From Christensenellaceae bacterium (GTDB taxonomy: Bacteria > Bacillota > Clostridia > Christensenellales > CAG-138): 64,000 nucleotides of DNA. Made by a program: the position numbers and the translations under genes. This document shows positions 11,501-19,892 of the stretch, one piece after another. The notes below the pieces were generated by a model. That model searched no databases and had not been told where the DNA came from. It was given only the letters and a program-made list of their open reading frames with translations. The stretch's first letter is position 1; each line of letters starts with the position of its first letter. The DNA lies in assembly GCA_963667195.1 (NCBI GenBank), contig OY762962.1, positions 1,370,591 through 1,434,590 on the forward strand, written 5' to 3'.

Positions 11501-14500
11501 CGAACCCGAATTACAACCCGGTGTTCGGCAACGAGCAAGTTGTCATTAATAAGAGAGTTGTTGCGCTGACGACGGCGACCGACACGAAAGAATACGACAC
11601 GCTGCCGTTGACCAACGCTGCTTGGTCGTATGACACGACGGGCAACGACGGCTTCGTCGCAGGCCAGGGCTTTGCGACCTCCGCCGCAAACGGCACGATC
11701 ACCAACGTCGGTTCGACGGACAACACGTTTGGCTACACGCTGACCTCGGCGACCAACGCCAGCAACTACACGATCTCTGTCACCAAGGGCAAGCTGACGA
11801 TCACGGCGTCCAACGACCTGAGCGTTGGTGCCACCGACGTGACCAAGAAATACGACGGAACGGCTTACGGTGTGAACGCTTCGGCGAACGTACCCGCAGG
11901 CACGACGGTTCGCTACAGCGAGACCTACAGCACGAACCCGGCGGACTACACCCTCACGACGAGCCCGACGGCAACGCACGTTGGCGACAGCAAGACCGTC
12001 TACTTTGTCGCAACCAACACGAACTACGAGCCTGCGTTCGGTAGCGCGAAGGTCACGATTACGCCTCGCGAAATCACGCTGACCGCTGCGACCGAGTCGC
12101 GTGATTACAACGGAAACGCGCTCACCAACGCGAACGTGACCGTCTCCGGCGACGGCTTCCTCGACGGTCAGGGTTACGAAACCCTGCCCACCGCAAGCGG
12201 AACGGTCACCGACGTCGGTTCCGTGAAGAACAATGTCGTGGCGGGCACGCTGAATGCCAGCACGATCGCAAACGATTATACCTTCACGCCTGTGCAGGGT
12301 GACCTGACCGTCACCGCTCGCGCGCTGACCGTGCAAGCGAACGACCAGCAGATCGCCTACCCGGCGAACCGTCCGGCGAACGCCGACCTGACCTACGCGG
12401 TCGTGAGCGGCACTGTTTCCGGCGAAACTCCGGCATTCGGTGGCGCGCTTGGTTACGACGCAAGCAAGCTCCCGGCGAGCCAGCCGTACACGCCCGCGAC
12501 CTACACCGACGCAATCGTCGGCGGTACGCTGGCGCTGACCAACAGCGGCGCATTCAAGGCATCCAACTACTCGTTGACCGTTCTGCCCGCCGACCTCAAG
12601 GTCGTCAACGGCGGATTCACGGTCGACCTGACCGGCGGCAGCTGGACGTACAACGGCGATCCGCACGGCCCGACGCTGACCAACACCAACCCGACGGATA
12701 CGATTGAATACTTCGTTTCCGACGGCGCGGGTGGTTGGACTTCTAATGGCACTACGCCTCCGACCGTCACGAACGTCTCGGACGGCCCGCTGACGATCAA
12801 GGTTGTCGTCAACCGTCCGGGTTACGATCCGGCGGAAGATACGACCACGCTGACGATCACGCCGGCGACCACGACGGCGACCTCGTCGGGTTACAACGAC
12901 AAGTACGACGGCAGCGCGCACGGAATCACGGTGACGCCGAAGGTGGACGGCTCGACGGTCAAGTACAGCCTGACCGACAGCACAAACCCGGCGGACTACA
13001 CGCTGACCACGAGCCCGACAGCGACGGACTACACCGCCGGAACTACTGTCTACTTCGTGGTGACGAACCCGAACTACAACCCGGTGTTCGGTCACGAGCA
13101 AGTTGTCATCAATAAGAGAGTTGTGGCGCTGACGACGGCGACCGACACGAAAGAGTACGATACCCTTCCGCTGACCAACGCGGCTTGGTCGTATGACACG
13201 ACTGGCAACGACGGCTTCGTCGCGGGCCAGGGCTTCGCGACCTCCGCGGCAAACGGCACGATCACCAACGTCGGCTCGACGGACAACACGTTCGGCTACA
13301 CGCTGACGGGTGTCACGAGCGCCAGCAACTACACCATCTCCGTCACGAAGGGCAAGCTGACGATCACGGCGTCCAACGACCTGACCGTTGGTGCCACCGA
13401 CGTGACCAAGAAATACGACGGAACTGCCTACGGTGTGAACGCTTCGGCGAACGTACCCGCTGGCACGACGGTTCGCTACAGCGAGACCTACAGCAACAAT
13501 CCGGCGGACTACACGCTGACCACCAGCCCGAACGCGACGCATGTTGGAGACAGCAAGACCGTCTACTTCGTCGCAACCAACACGAACTACGAACCCGCGT
13601 TCGGCAGTGCGAAAGTGACGATCACGCCGCGCGCGATCACCTTGACTGCCGCGACCGAGTCGCGTGATTACAACGGCAACGCGCTGACCAACGCGAACGT
13701 GACTGTCTCCGGCGACGGCTTCCTCGACGGACAGGGTTACTCTGTTGCGCCCACCGCAAGCGGCACGATCACCGACGTCGGTTCCGTGAAGAACAACGTC
13801 GTGGCAGGCACGCTGAATGCCAGCACGACGGCAAGCGATTACACATTCACGCCTGTGCAGGGTGACCTGACCGTCACCGCGCGCGCGCTAACCGTGCAGG
13901 CGAACGATCAGCAGATCGCATACCCGGCGAACCGTCCGGCGAACGCCGACCTGACCTACACGGTCGTGAGCGGCACTGTTTCCGGCGAGACCCCGGCCTT
14001 CGGTGGTGCGCTTGGTTACGACACGGCGAAACTGCCCGCGAGCCAGCCTTACACACCCGCGACCTACGCTGACGCGATTGTCGGCGGAACGCTAGCGCTG
14101 ACCAACAGCGGCGCGTTCAAAGCCGCAAACTACACGCTCACCGTTCTGCCCGCCGACCTGAAGGTCGTCAATGGTGGATTCACCGTTGATCTCACGGGCG
14201 GCAGCTGGACGTACAACGGCGACCCGCATGGACCTACGCTGACCAACACCAACCCGACGGATACGATTGAATACTTCGTTTCCGACAGTGCAGGCGGCTG
14301 GACATCGAACGGCACGACGCCGCCGACCGTGACGAACGTCTCGGACGGTCCGCTGACCGTGAAAGTCGTCGTCAACCGTCCGGGTTATGATCCGGCGGAA
14401 GACACCACGACGCTCACGATCACGCCCGCGACCACGACAGCGACCTCGTCGGGCTACAACGACAAGTACGACGGCAGTGCGCACGGCATCACAGTCACGC

Positions 14501-17500
14501 CGAAGGTCGACGGCTCGACGGTCAAGTACAGCCTGACCGACAGCACAAACCCGGCGGACTACACGCTGACCACGAGCCCGACAGCGACGGACTACACCGC
14601 CGGAACTACTGTCTACTTCGTGGTGACGAACCCGAACTACAACCCGGTGTTCGGTCACGAGCAGGTTGTCATTAATAAGAGAGTTGTGGCGCTGACCACC
14701 GCGACCGACACGAAGGAGTATGACACTCTTCCGTTGACGAACGCGAGCTGGAGTTACGACACCACGGGCAACGACGGCTTTATCGCAGGTCAGGGCTTCG
14801 CGACCTCCGCGGCAAACGGCACGATCACCAACGTCGGCTCGACGGACAACACGTTCGGCTACACGCTGACCGCCGCGACCGCCGCCAGCAACTACACGAT
14901 CTCCGTCACGAAGGGCAAGCTGACGATCACAGCGTCCAACGACCTGAGCGTTGGTGCCACCGACGTGACCAAGAAATATGACGGAACTGCCTACGGTGTG
15001 TCCGCCTCTGCGAACGTGCCCGCCGGAACGACGGTCAAGTACAGTCTGACCAACAGCGCAAACCCGGCGGACTACACGCTGACCACCAGCCCGACCGCAA
15101 CGCACGTTGGCGACAGCAAGACCGTTTACTTCGTCGCAACCAACGCGAACTACGAACCCGCGTTCGGCAGCGCGAAGGTGACGATCACGCCGCGCGCGAT
15201 CACGCTGACCGCCGCGACCGAAACCCGCGATTACAACGGCAACGCGCTCACCAACGCGAGCGTGACCGTCTCCGGCGACGGCTTCCTCGACGGACAGGGT
15301 TACTCTGTTGCGCCCACCGCAAGCGGCACGATCACCGACGTCGGTTCCGTGAAGAACAACGTCGTGGCAGGCACGCTGAATGCCAGCACGACGGCAAGCG
15401 ATTACACATTCACGCCTGTGCAGGGTGACCTGACCGTCACCGCGCGCGCGCTAACCGTGCAGGCGAACGATCAGCAGATCGCATACCCGGCGAACCGTCC
15501 GGCGAACGCCGACCTGACCTACGCGGTCGTGAGCGGCACTGTTTCCGGCGAGACCCCGGCCTTCGGTGGTGCGCTTGGTTACGACACGGCGAAACTGCCC
15601 GCGAGCCAGCCTTACACACCCGCGACCTACGCTGACGCGATTGTCGGCGGAACGCTAGCGCTGACCAACAGCGGCGCGTTCAAGGCATCCAACTACACGC
15701 TGACCGTTCTGCCCGCCGACCTCAAGGTCGTCAACGGCGGATTCACCGTCGACCTCACCGGCGGCAGCTGGACCTACAACGGCGACCCGCATGGACCTAC
15801 GCTCAATAACACGAACCCGACGGATACGATCGAGTACTTCGTTTCCGACAGCGCAGGCGGCTGGACATCGAACGGCACCACGCCTCCGACCGTGACGAAC
15901 GTCTCGGACGGTCCGCTGACCGTGAAAGTCGTCGTCAACCGTCCGGGTTATGATCCGGCGGAAGACACCACGACGTTGACGATCACACCCGCGACGACCA
16001 CCGCGACCTCGTCCGGCTACAACGACAAGTACGACGGCAGCGCGCACGGGATCACCGTGACGCCGAAGGTCGACGGCTCGACGGTCAAGTACAGCCTGAC
16101 CAACAGCACGAACCCCGCGGACTACACGCTGACCACCAGCCCGACCGCGACCGACTACACGGCAGGAACCACGGTCTACTTCGTGGTGACCAACCCGAAT
16201 TACAACCCGGTGTTTGGGCATGAGCAGATCGTAATCAATAAGAGAGTTGTGGCGCTGACGACGGCGACCGACACGAAGGAATATGACACTCTTCCGTTGA
16301 CCAACGCGAGCTGGAGCTACGACACCACCGGTAACGACGGATTCGTCGCGGGGCAGGGCTTTGCGACCTCCGCGGCGAACGGCACGATCACCAACGTCGG
16401 CTCGACGGACAACACGTTCGGCTACACGCTGACGGGTGTCACGAACGCCAGCAACTACACGATCTCCGTCACGAAGGGCAAGCTGACGATCACAGCGTCC
16501 AACGACCTGAGCGTTTCGGCGTCCGACGTGACCAAGAAATATGACGGAACGGCTTACGGTGTGAACGCTTCGGCGAACGTACCCGCTGGCACGACGGTTC
16601 GCTACAGCGAGACCTACAGCACGAACCCGGCGGACTACACGCTCACGACGAGCCCGACCGCGACGCACGTTGGCGATAGCAAGACCGTCTACTTCGTCGC
16701 GACGAATAGCAACTATGAACCCGCGTTCGGCAGCGCGAAGGTGACGATCACGCCGCGCGATGTTGTGGTGCGCACGTATGGCGCAACAAAGGTCTATGAC
16801 GGACTTGCGCTGACGGCGAGCGGTTGGAGCATGGATCCCGCGAGCAGCGGATTTGTCGCAACGCAGGGCTTTGCGACCACGGCGAACACGGGAATGCTCA
16901 CGGATGTAGGCTCGGTTGAAAACGGCTTTGCCTACACGCTCAAGAGCAACACGACAGCTTCCGACTACGCCATCAGCGTGGTTCCGGGCACATTGAGTGT
17001 TACCCCGCGCGCGGTGCTGATCGCGGCGGATCAGACCGACAAGAACTTCGGCAGTGCGGACCCGACGTTTACCTACACCGTGCTGACCGGAACGATTGGC
17101 GGAACGACCTACTATCCGATTCTTGCGGCAGACCTTGGCGGCATCACCGTGACCGTCAACCGCTCGAGCGGTGGAAACAATGTCGGCACCTATGCGGATG
17201 CGCTGGTTCCGAACGTGAATGCAACCGCAGCGGTGCAGAAGAACTACACCTTCAGCACGCAGACGGCGGACTTCACGATCAATCCGCAGGTGGTCTACAA
17301 CCTCAACACCACGGATACGGTTACGGGATTCCCCGAAACGCAGTGGTTTGACCTCGGTTCGAACGCGACGGTCGCTTCGGCGGACGGCGTGAAGCGTCCG
17401 GGCTTCCGTCTGACCGGTTGGGAAGACGCGGCGACGGGTGATCCGGTGACCCTTGGCGGCACGATTCCGGCAATCGCCGGGAATCACACGCTGAACGCGG

Positions 17501-18615
17501 TTTGGGAGATTGCGCTGTATAACGTGACCTACGAATCGGGCACGGGCGACATCGTCATCCGCATGCCGGCGAATATCACGGGCAAGACCTACACAACCCC
17601 GATTGCGATTGAGGATTCCAATCCTTATCACTCCGGCTACAGCCTGCTCTACTGGATGACGACCGACATCGACGGCACGGAAACGCAGCTTGATCCGGGC
17701 GCAACGTTCAACATGCCGGATAACGACGTAACCATGACGGCGGTCTGGAAGGCAAACACCTCTCCGATCTACTATCACCCGAACGGGGCTCCCGGCGGCA
17801 CGGTGGAAGAAGGACGGTATCCGACCGATTCCATCGCAACCATCGCGGGCAACATGTTCTCGCGGCCGGGATACAAGTTCCTCGGTTGGAGCGAAGCCAG
17901 CGCGACTGCGGGCGTTTCCCGCCAGCCTGGCGATTCGCTCACCATGCCGCCGCGTCAGCTGAACTTCTACGCGCAGTGGGAGAAGCTCACGTACACGGTG
18001 ACCTACATCGTCACCGGCGGCACGGGCAATCTCAACGGCGATACGCCGTATGCGGTGTATGACAACCTTGGTTATGGAGACGCGATGCCGGTTCCGTCGA
18101 ACCCGACACTCACAGGTTACGTGTTTGACGGCTGGTCAACGGCGATTCCGTCCACGGTTCCGGATGGCAACCTCGTGATCTATGGCACAGTGACGCTGCA
18201 AGGCAAAAACACCGAACCGGACAATCCCGAGAAGATTACGGATTCGCAAACACCGCTTGCCGGTGGTCCGGTCTGGGCGCTTCTCAACCTGATTCTCGCG
18301 ATTGTGACCGCGCTGGCATCGATCCTGATGCTGATCGGCCTGATCGGTAAGAAGAAGGAAGAGGAAGACGGCGTTGTCGTCCGCGAGACGGAGAAGCACG
18401 GATTCACCCGCGTGCTCACGCTGGTGCCGGGCATCGGGGCGATCATCGCATTCATCCTCACGGAGAACATGCGCAACCCGATGGTCTTCACCGATCGCTG
18501 GACACTCCTGATGGTCATCATCGCTCTTGTGCAGCTGGTGCTTGTCCTCTTCGGCGCGAAGAAGGAAAAAGAACCGGCCGCAGAGCAGGCGGTTGAAACG
18601 TCGAAACCCGAATAA
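5584..18615 (+). CDS. giant cell-surface repeat protein (4,343 aa): signal peptide, Listeria-Bacteroides-type repeats, long MBG-like module array, C-terminal membrane anchor
   Basis: The track ORF opens at 5263, but the ATG at 5584 has an AGGAGG SD about 8 nt upstream and starts a classic signal peptide (MKWSQIKKGISLVLCVLMVLTLLPVSSLAEDT). Repeats of the form ..GY.F.GW......Y.PG......D..LYA.W recur at about 5860-9030 and again at 17290-18180. Modules of about 84 aa with K-x-Y-D-G / R-D-Y-N-G cores run from about 9030 to 17290. Hydrophobic helices lie at the C-terminus. I found no LPXTG motif. Confidence 0.9.
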   Translation: MKWSQIKKGISLVLCVLMVLTLLPVSSLAEDTAPVDTSTPAEATQTASVETPVASDASTPTPSDAATPTPAVTDAAASTSPTEDIVPDGPKTYVVNFVIDHQTILGMQQTVAEGGLVTAPSIPAVPDGEEYVGQVFLYWYAKEGVAYDFGTPVTSDLVLYAQFGTTKDAPATEEQPIVADDAVLFSAFSMAGGILPESTPLWTYTFVSGGTTVATKIVANGDTLDAPEVPTAPVGQKFSGWYTSDNTLFDSFGTQTVTADGATTLTAKFEPAYYVFFYNQFGAVIEVRTPDASNIVSTASVTSLQLGSDQALTGWSLTSGGTTDVGASVTVNGANINLYPIIKSVIWITFNSNGGTYISPMYIMPNTALTQLAVNNYISTQNGGSSTIAKVGYTFNNWTGFTFGNTPTANVTLTANWTPKTNTPYKLVYWIENADDSNYSFEKSVDKTGTTDAVIALTSAETANTNLNATYATYFNTGTYTAGQTIKGDGSTIVNIYHTRKTYTLTYKNGNTTLYTSTYKYDQDISAVWNIAAILNLSNQGYVWQSSITQDYYTILLKMPGSNLTMTATQWNGSTYTWYYYLETLDGTAATAPSGSTTTTSGGITYYLMKSVTIKGNNISLTYSEDYFPITGFYQRDSSVPNFTKTGTVYYASLFYRRSSYSLTFINGDTSNVIASIKYQAPVSGYNYTPNQPSGVDASFTFNKWFATEAAIAGTEFNWTQTMPAKNIVLYANWVAPAFTGIAHSVAYGSTGDTTVDLGSIPYGGTISASALAAAQNAANANKPHPTDTFGGWLIMKNGSLILFNSSMQIYENVVLYPVWLSTLSYTVTYNLGEASGTAPVDSKTYASGGQAQILSYSASAVTPPADKVFIGWRSSVDSKIYYPNSVLTITQNTTMTAVWVYPTTNVTITYNGNGGATSGGATTFTGGAVNNTYHTVQSNSFLYTGKIFASWNTKADGTGTSYAPGDSVLLGVSVPTAPGVLYAIWQDQTFVVSVTANPTAGVTAKSGAGTYIYGTNTTVTWTVAAGYEVTSVTDNTVTVPASSYTGNSYTLSGLTADHAIVINTQKTLYNLTYNGNGGTVGGNASYSSTKTMGTSITVDQNTFTRAGYYFLGWSTNSGATAVDPTYAPGTSVVMPGNDLTLYAVWAPKMALTLTANSATQNYDGTAKSVSGITSSVSGLTIENATASATGTNPGVYATSFTNQAGVVLKSGGVDVTNRYTVTWVAGSLTVNPQVTYRASADGSLIGTEWVAYGTGDATYNVTPQPSITVSGNKYYWLGTYSPATANDLTANTTIYATYTRNKTLVITADSANYTYDGTTRSVTTGTVNVSGLTVTGYTVSGSGTNVGTYTTSVTLGAVKIMNGATDVTYQYDVTTANGLLTINPATTTATSSGYNDKYDGSAHGITVTPKVDSSTVKYSLTNSTNPADYTLTNSPTATDYTPGTTVYFVVTNPNYNPVFGNEQVVINKRVVALTTATDTKEYDTLPLTNAAWSYDSTGNDGFVAGQGFATSAANGTITNVGSTDNTFGYTLTSATNASNYTISVTKGKLTITASNDLSVGATDVTKKYDGTAYGVNASANVPAGTTVRYSETYSTNPADYTLTTSPTATHVGDSKTVYFVATNTNYEPAFGSAKVTITPREITLTAATESRDYNGNALTNANVTVSGDGFLDGQGYETLPTASGTVTDVGSVKNNVVAGTLNASTIANDYTFTPVQGDLTVTARALTVQANDQQIAYPANRPANADLTYAVVSGTVSGETPAFGGALGYDAAKLPASQPYTPATYADAIVGGTLALTNSGAFKASNYSLTVLPADLKVVNGGFTVDLTGGSWTYNGDPHGPTLNNTNPTDTIEYFVSDGAGGWTSNGATPPTVTNVDDGPLTIKVVVNRPGYDPAEDTTTLTITPATTTATSSGYNDKYDGNAHGITVTPKVEGSTVKYSLTDSTNPADYTLTTSPTATDYTAGTTVYFVVTNPNYNPVFGNEQVVINKRVVALTTATDTKEYDTLPLTNAAWSYDTTGNDGFVAGQGFATSAANGTITNVGSTDNTFGYTLTSATNASNYTISVTKGKLTITASNDLSVGATDVTKKYDGTAYGVNASANVPAGTTVRYSETYSTNPADYTLTTSPTATHVGDSKTVYFVATNTNYEPAFGSAKVTITPREITLTAATESRDYNGNALTNANVTVSGDGFLDGQGYETLPTASGTVTDVGSVKNNVVAGTLNASTIANDYTFTPVQGDLTVTARALTVQANDQQIAYPANRPANADLTYAVVSGTVSGETPAFGGALGYDASKLPASQPYTPATYTDAIVGGTLALTNSGAFKASNYSLTVLPADLKVVNGGFTVDLTGGSWTYNGDPHGPTLTNTNPTDTIEYFVSDGAGGWTSNGTTPPTVTNVSDGPLTIKVVVNRPGYDPAEDTTTLTITPATTTATSSGYNDKYDGSAHGITVTPKVDGSTVKYSLTDSTNPADYTLTTSPTATDYTAGTTVYFVVTNPNYNPVFGHEQVVINKRVVALTTATDTKEYDTLPLTNAAWSYDTTGNDGFVAGQGFATSAANGTITNVGSTDNTFGYTLTGVTSASNYTISVTKGKLTITASNDLTVGATDVTKKYDGTAYGVNASANVPAGTTVRYSETYSNNPADYTLTTSPNATHVGDSKTVYFVATNTNYEPAFGSAKVTITPRAITLTAATESRDYNGNALTNANVTVSGDGFLDGQGYSVAPTASGTITDVGSVKNNVVAGTLNASTTASDYTFTPVQGDLTVTARALTVQANDQQIAYPANRPANADLTYTVVSGTVSGETPAFGGALGYDTAKLPASQPYTPATYADAIVGGTLALTNSGAFKAANYTLTVLPADLKVVNGGFTVDLTGGSWTYNGDPHGPTLTNTNPTDTIEYFVSDSAGGWTSNGTTPPTVTNVSDGPLTVKVVVNRPGYDPAEDTTTLTITPATTTATSSGYNDKYDGSAHGITVTPKVDGSTVKYSLTDSTNPADYTLTTSPTATDYTAGTTVYFVVTNPNYNPVFGHEQVVINKRVVALTTATDTKEYDTLPLTNASWSYDTTGNDGFIAGQGFATSAANGTITNVGSTDNTFGYTLTAATAASNYTISVTKGKLTITASNDLSVGATDVTKKYDGTAYGVSASANVPAGTTVKYSLTNSANPADYTLTTSPTATHVGDSKTVYFVATNANYEPAFGSAKVTITPRAITLTAATETRDYNGNALTNASVTVSGDGFLDGQGYSVAPTASGTITDVGSVKNNVVAGTLNASTTASDYTFTPVQGDLTVTARALTVQANDQQIAYPANRPANADLTYAVVSGTVSGETPAFGGALGYDTAKLPASQPYTPATYADAIVGGTLALTNSGAFKASNYTLTVLPADLKVVNGGFTVDLTGGSWTYNGDPHGPTLNNTNPTDTIEYFVSDSAGGWTSNGTTPPTVTNVSDGPLTVKVVVNRPGYDPAEDTTTLTITPATTTATSSGYNDKYDGSAHGITVTPKVDGSTVKYSLTNSTNPADYTLTTSPTATDYTAGTTVYFVVTNPNYNPVFGHEQIVINKRVVALTTATDTKEYDTLPLTNASWSYDTTGNDGFVAGQGFATSAANGTITNVGSTDNTFGYTLTGVTNASNYTISVTKGKLTITASNDLSVSASDVTKKYDGTAYGVNASANVPAGTTVRYSETYSTNPADYTLTTSPTATHVGDSKTVYFVATNSNYEPAFGSAKVTITPRDVVVRTYGATKVYDGLALTASGWSMDPASSGFVATQGFATTANTGMLTDVGSVENGFAYTLKSNTTASDYAISVVPGTLSVTPRAVLIAADQTDKNFGSADPTFTYTVLTGTIGGTTYYPILAADLGGITVTVNRSSGGNNVGTYADALVPNVNATAAVQKNYTFSTQTADFTINPQVVYNLNTTDTVTGFPETQWFDLGSNATVASADGVKRPGFRLTGWEDAATGDPVTLGGTIPAIAGNHTLNAVWEIALYNVTYESGTGDIVIRMPANITGKTYTTPIAIEDSNPYHSGYSLLYWMTTDIDGTETQLDPGATFNMPDNDVTMTAVWKANTSPIYYHPNGAPGGTVEEGRYPTDSIATIAGNMFSRPGYKFLGWSEASATAGVSRQPGDSLTMPPRQLNFYAQWEKLTYTVTYIVTGGTGNLNGDTPYAVYDNLGYGDAMPVPSNPTLTGYVFDGWSTAIPSTVPDGNLVIYGTVTLQGKNTEPDNPEKITDSQTPLAGGPVWALLNLILAIVTALASILMLIGLIGKKKEEEDGVVVRETEKHGFTRVLTLVPGIGAIIAFILTENMRNPMVFTDRWTLLMVIIALVQLVLVLFGAKKEKEPAAEQAVETSKPE
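9730..16759 (+). repeat. tandem array of 4.5 units of 1,563 bp (521 codons) inside the giant gene
   Basis: Unit starts (ATC ACG/AAC CCx GCG ACC.., peptide I-T/N-P-A-T-T-T-A-T-S-S-G-Y-N-D-K-Y-D-G) are at 9730, 11293, 12856, 14419 and 15982, exactly 1,563 nt apart and in frame. The fifth unit diverges after ..KVTITPR near 16759. Confidence 0.95.
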
Positions 18616-18640
18616 CACAAACTAACTGCATCAACACGCA

Positions 18641-18675
18641 TCCGGCGTCCTGCCAAAGGGACGCCGGATTTTTTG
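18641..18675 (+). terminator. rho-independent terminator of the giant gene
   Basis: TCCGGCGTCC (18641-18650) pairs with GGACGCCGGA (18659-18668), followed by TTTTTTG. Confidence 0.75.
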
Positions 18676-18872
18676 TTGCCGGTCGATCCAAAAGCACCCG
18701 CGAAACTTGTTTCGTGACACGAAGCGGAGGACGGTTTTTGATGAACTGATACAGGATGCGATCTGCTGTAACAATATCAATCGAGAGCGAATCCGCGAAA
18801 GCACATGTAACACAAAACCGCCTAAAATACGGTTGATCTCGAGCAGGCAGAACGTGTCCAAGTAACAATCTG

Positions 18873-18902
18873 TTGCATTTTCGTGATTTTAAGCGGTATA
18901 AT
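18873..18902 (+). promoter_or_regulatory. candidate promoter of the transglutaminase/pilus-like operon
   Basis: TTGCAT (18873-18878), 18-nt spacer, TATAAT (18897-18902). The TTG that the ORF track uses as a start is the -35 element. Confidence 0.4.
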
Positions 18903-18908
18903 CAGCTC

Positions 18909-19817
18909 ATGAAACAAGGGTCGGTGGCCGAACGGCTGCAAAAAGGGTTTGGGTGGCTGCTTTTATTCGGCTTCTTCTGCCTTTCGGCTTGTGCGGCGAG
19001 CCAACCCGCGCGACCGGACGCGGCTGGGACCGACTCTGTAAGCGCGCGCGCAAGCGCCTCCGGGACGGAGGAAGCCGTGCCGCTGCTGCTGCCCGAAGCC
19101 TCCGGAACCGTGGTTTACATCGGAGAAGGTGTGACCATCGACGCCTCGCATACCGACCAGGGATACGTGATGATCCGCTGCGAAGCGAGCGAAAAGCGCC
19201 TCAAGGCGCGGATTGCGACAGACGCGCAAACCTACTATTACGACCTGCCCGGCGGAGAGGCATACAGCGTGTTTCCGCTCCAGATGGGCGACGGAACCTA
19301 TACCGTGCGCGTGATGGAGCAGGTGCAGGACGACCTGTACGCGATGCGCTACGGAACCGAGATACAGGTGGTGCTTGCGGACGAGACCATACCTTTTCTG
19401 TATCCCAATCAATATGTGTGGTATGATGCAAATACCGAGGCCGTTCAGAAAGCGCGCGAGCTCGCGAGCGGGCTGACCAGCCACAAAGAGATTGCAACCC
19501 GCTTCTACAAATATGTTGTTTCACACATGACCTATGACACGGAAAAGGCGAAGACGGTTCGAAAAGGTTATCTGCCGAACGCGGATGATTCACTGGAAAG
19601 CGGAACAGGAATCTGCTTTGACTATGCGGCGCTGTTTGCGGTGATGCTTCGCGCCGAGGGAATCCCGACGAAGATGCTCATCGGCACCGTTACGCCGGAG
19701 AATCTCTATCACGCCTGGAACAGCGTCTATCTCGACGGAACATGGGTCTGGATGGACACGACACTGGATGGAACCGGACACAGAGAGAACGATTATCTCA
19801 CCGAACGAATCTATTGA
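18909..19817 (+). CDS. transglutaminase-like (papain-fold) lipoprotein
   Basis: MKQGSVAERLQKGFGWLLLFGFFCLSAC carries a lipobox (L-S-A-C). The transglutaminase core is present with Cys in GTGICFDYAALF, His in LYHAWNSVY and Asp in WVWMDTT. Confidence 0.85.
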   Translation: MKQGSVAERLQKGFGWLLLFGFFCLSACAASQPARPDAAGTDSVSARASASGTEEAVPLLLPEASGTVVYIGEGVTIDASHTDQGYVMIRCEASEKRLKARIATDAQTYYYDLPGGEAYSVFPLQMGDGTYTVRVMEQVQDDLYAMRYGTEIQVVLADETIPFLYPNQYVWYDANTEAVQKARELASGLTSHKEIATRFYKYVVSHMTYDTEKAKTVRKGYLPNADDSLESGTGICFDYAALFAVMLRAEGIPTKMLIGTVTPENLYHAWNSVYLDGTWVWMDTTLDGTGHRENDYLTERIY

Positions 19818-19892
19818 TCGCATCTTTAAGAATTATGATTTTTTAACCTGCATGTATATCAGCGGGTGGTCAACCATCAGAAAGGAACGGGA

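Noticed and set aside
8029-17778. Very long antisense ORFs inside the giant gene (8029-13542 at 1,837 aa, 14092-15105, 15655-17778), plus many short ones.
   Set aside because: Their translations are Arg/Gly/Val-rich and low-complexity, with the same periodicity as the sense repeats. They are typical stop-free antisense frames of a high-GC repetitive gene. They have no SD sequences or recognisable motifs, while the sense frame has a signal peptide and domain repeats.
18230-18300. TPLAGG plus a hydrophobic stretch and KKKEEE as a sortase sorting signal.
   Set aside because: It is not an LPXTG-type motif, and the protein continues for about 90 aa with two more TM helices. I treated it as a membrane anchor and kept it as a low-interest question.
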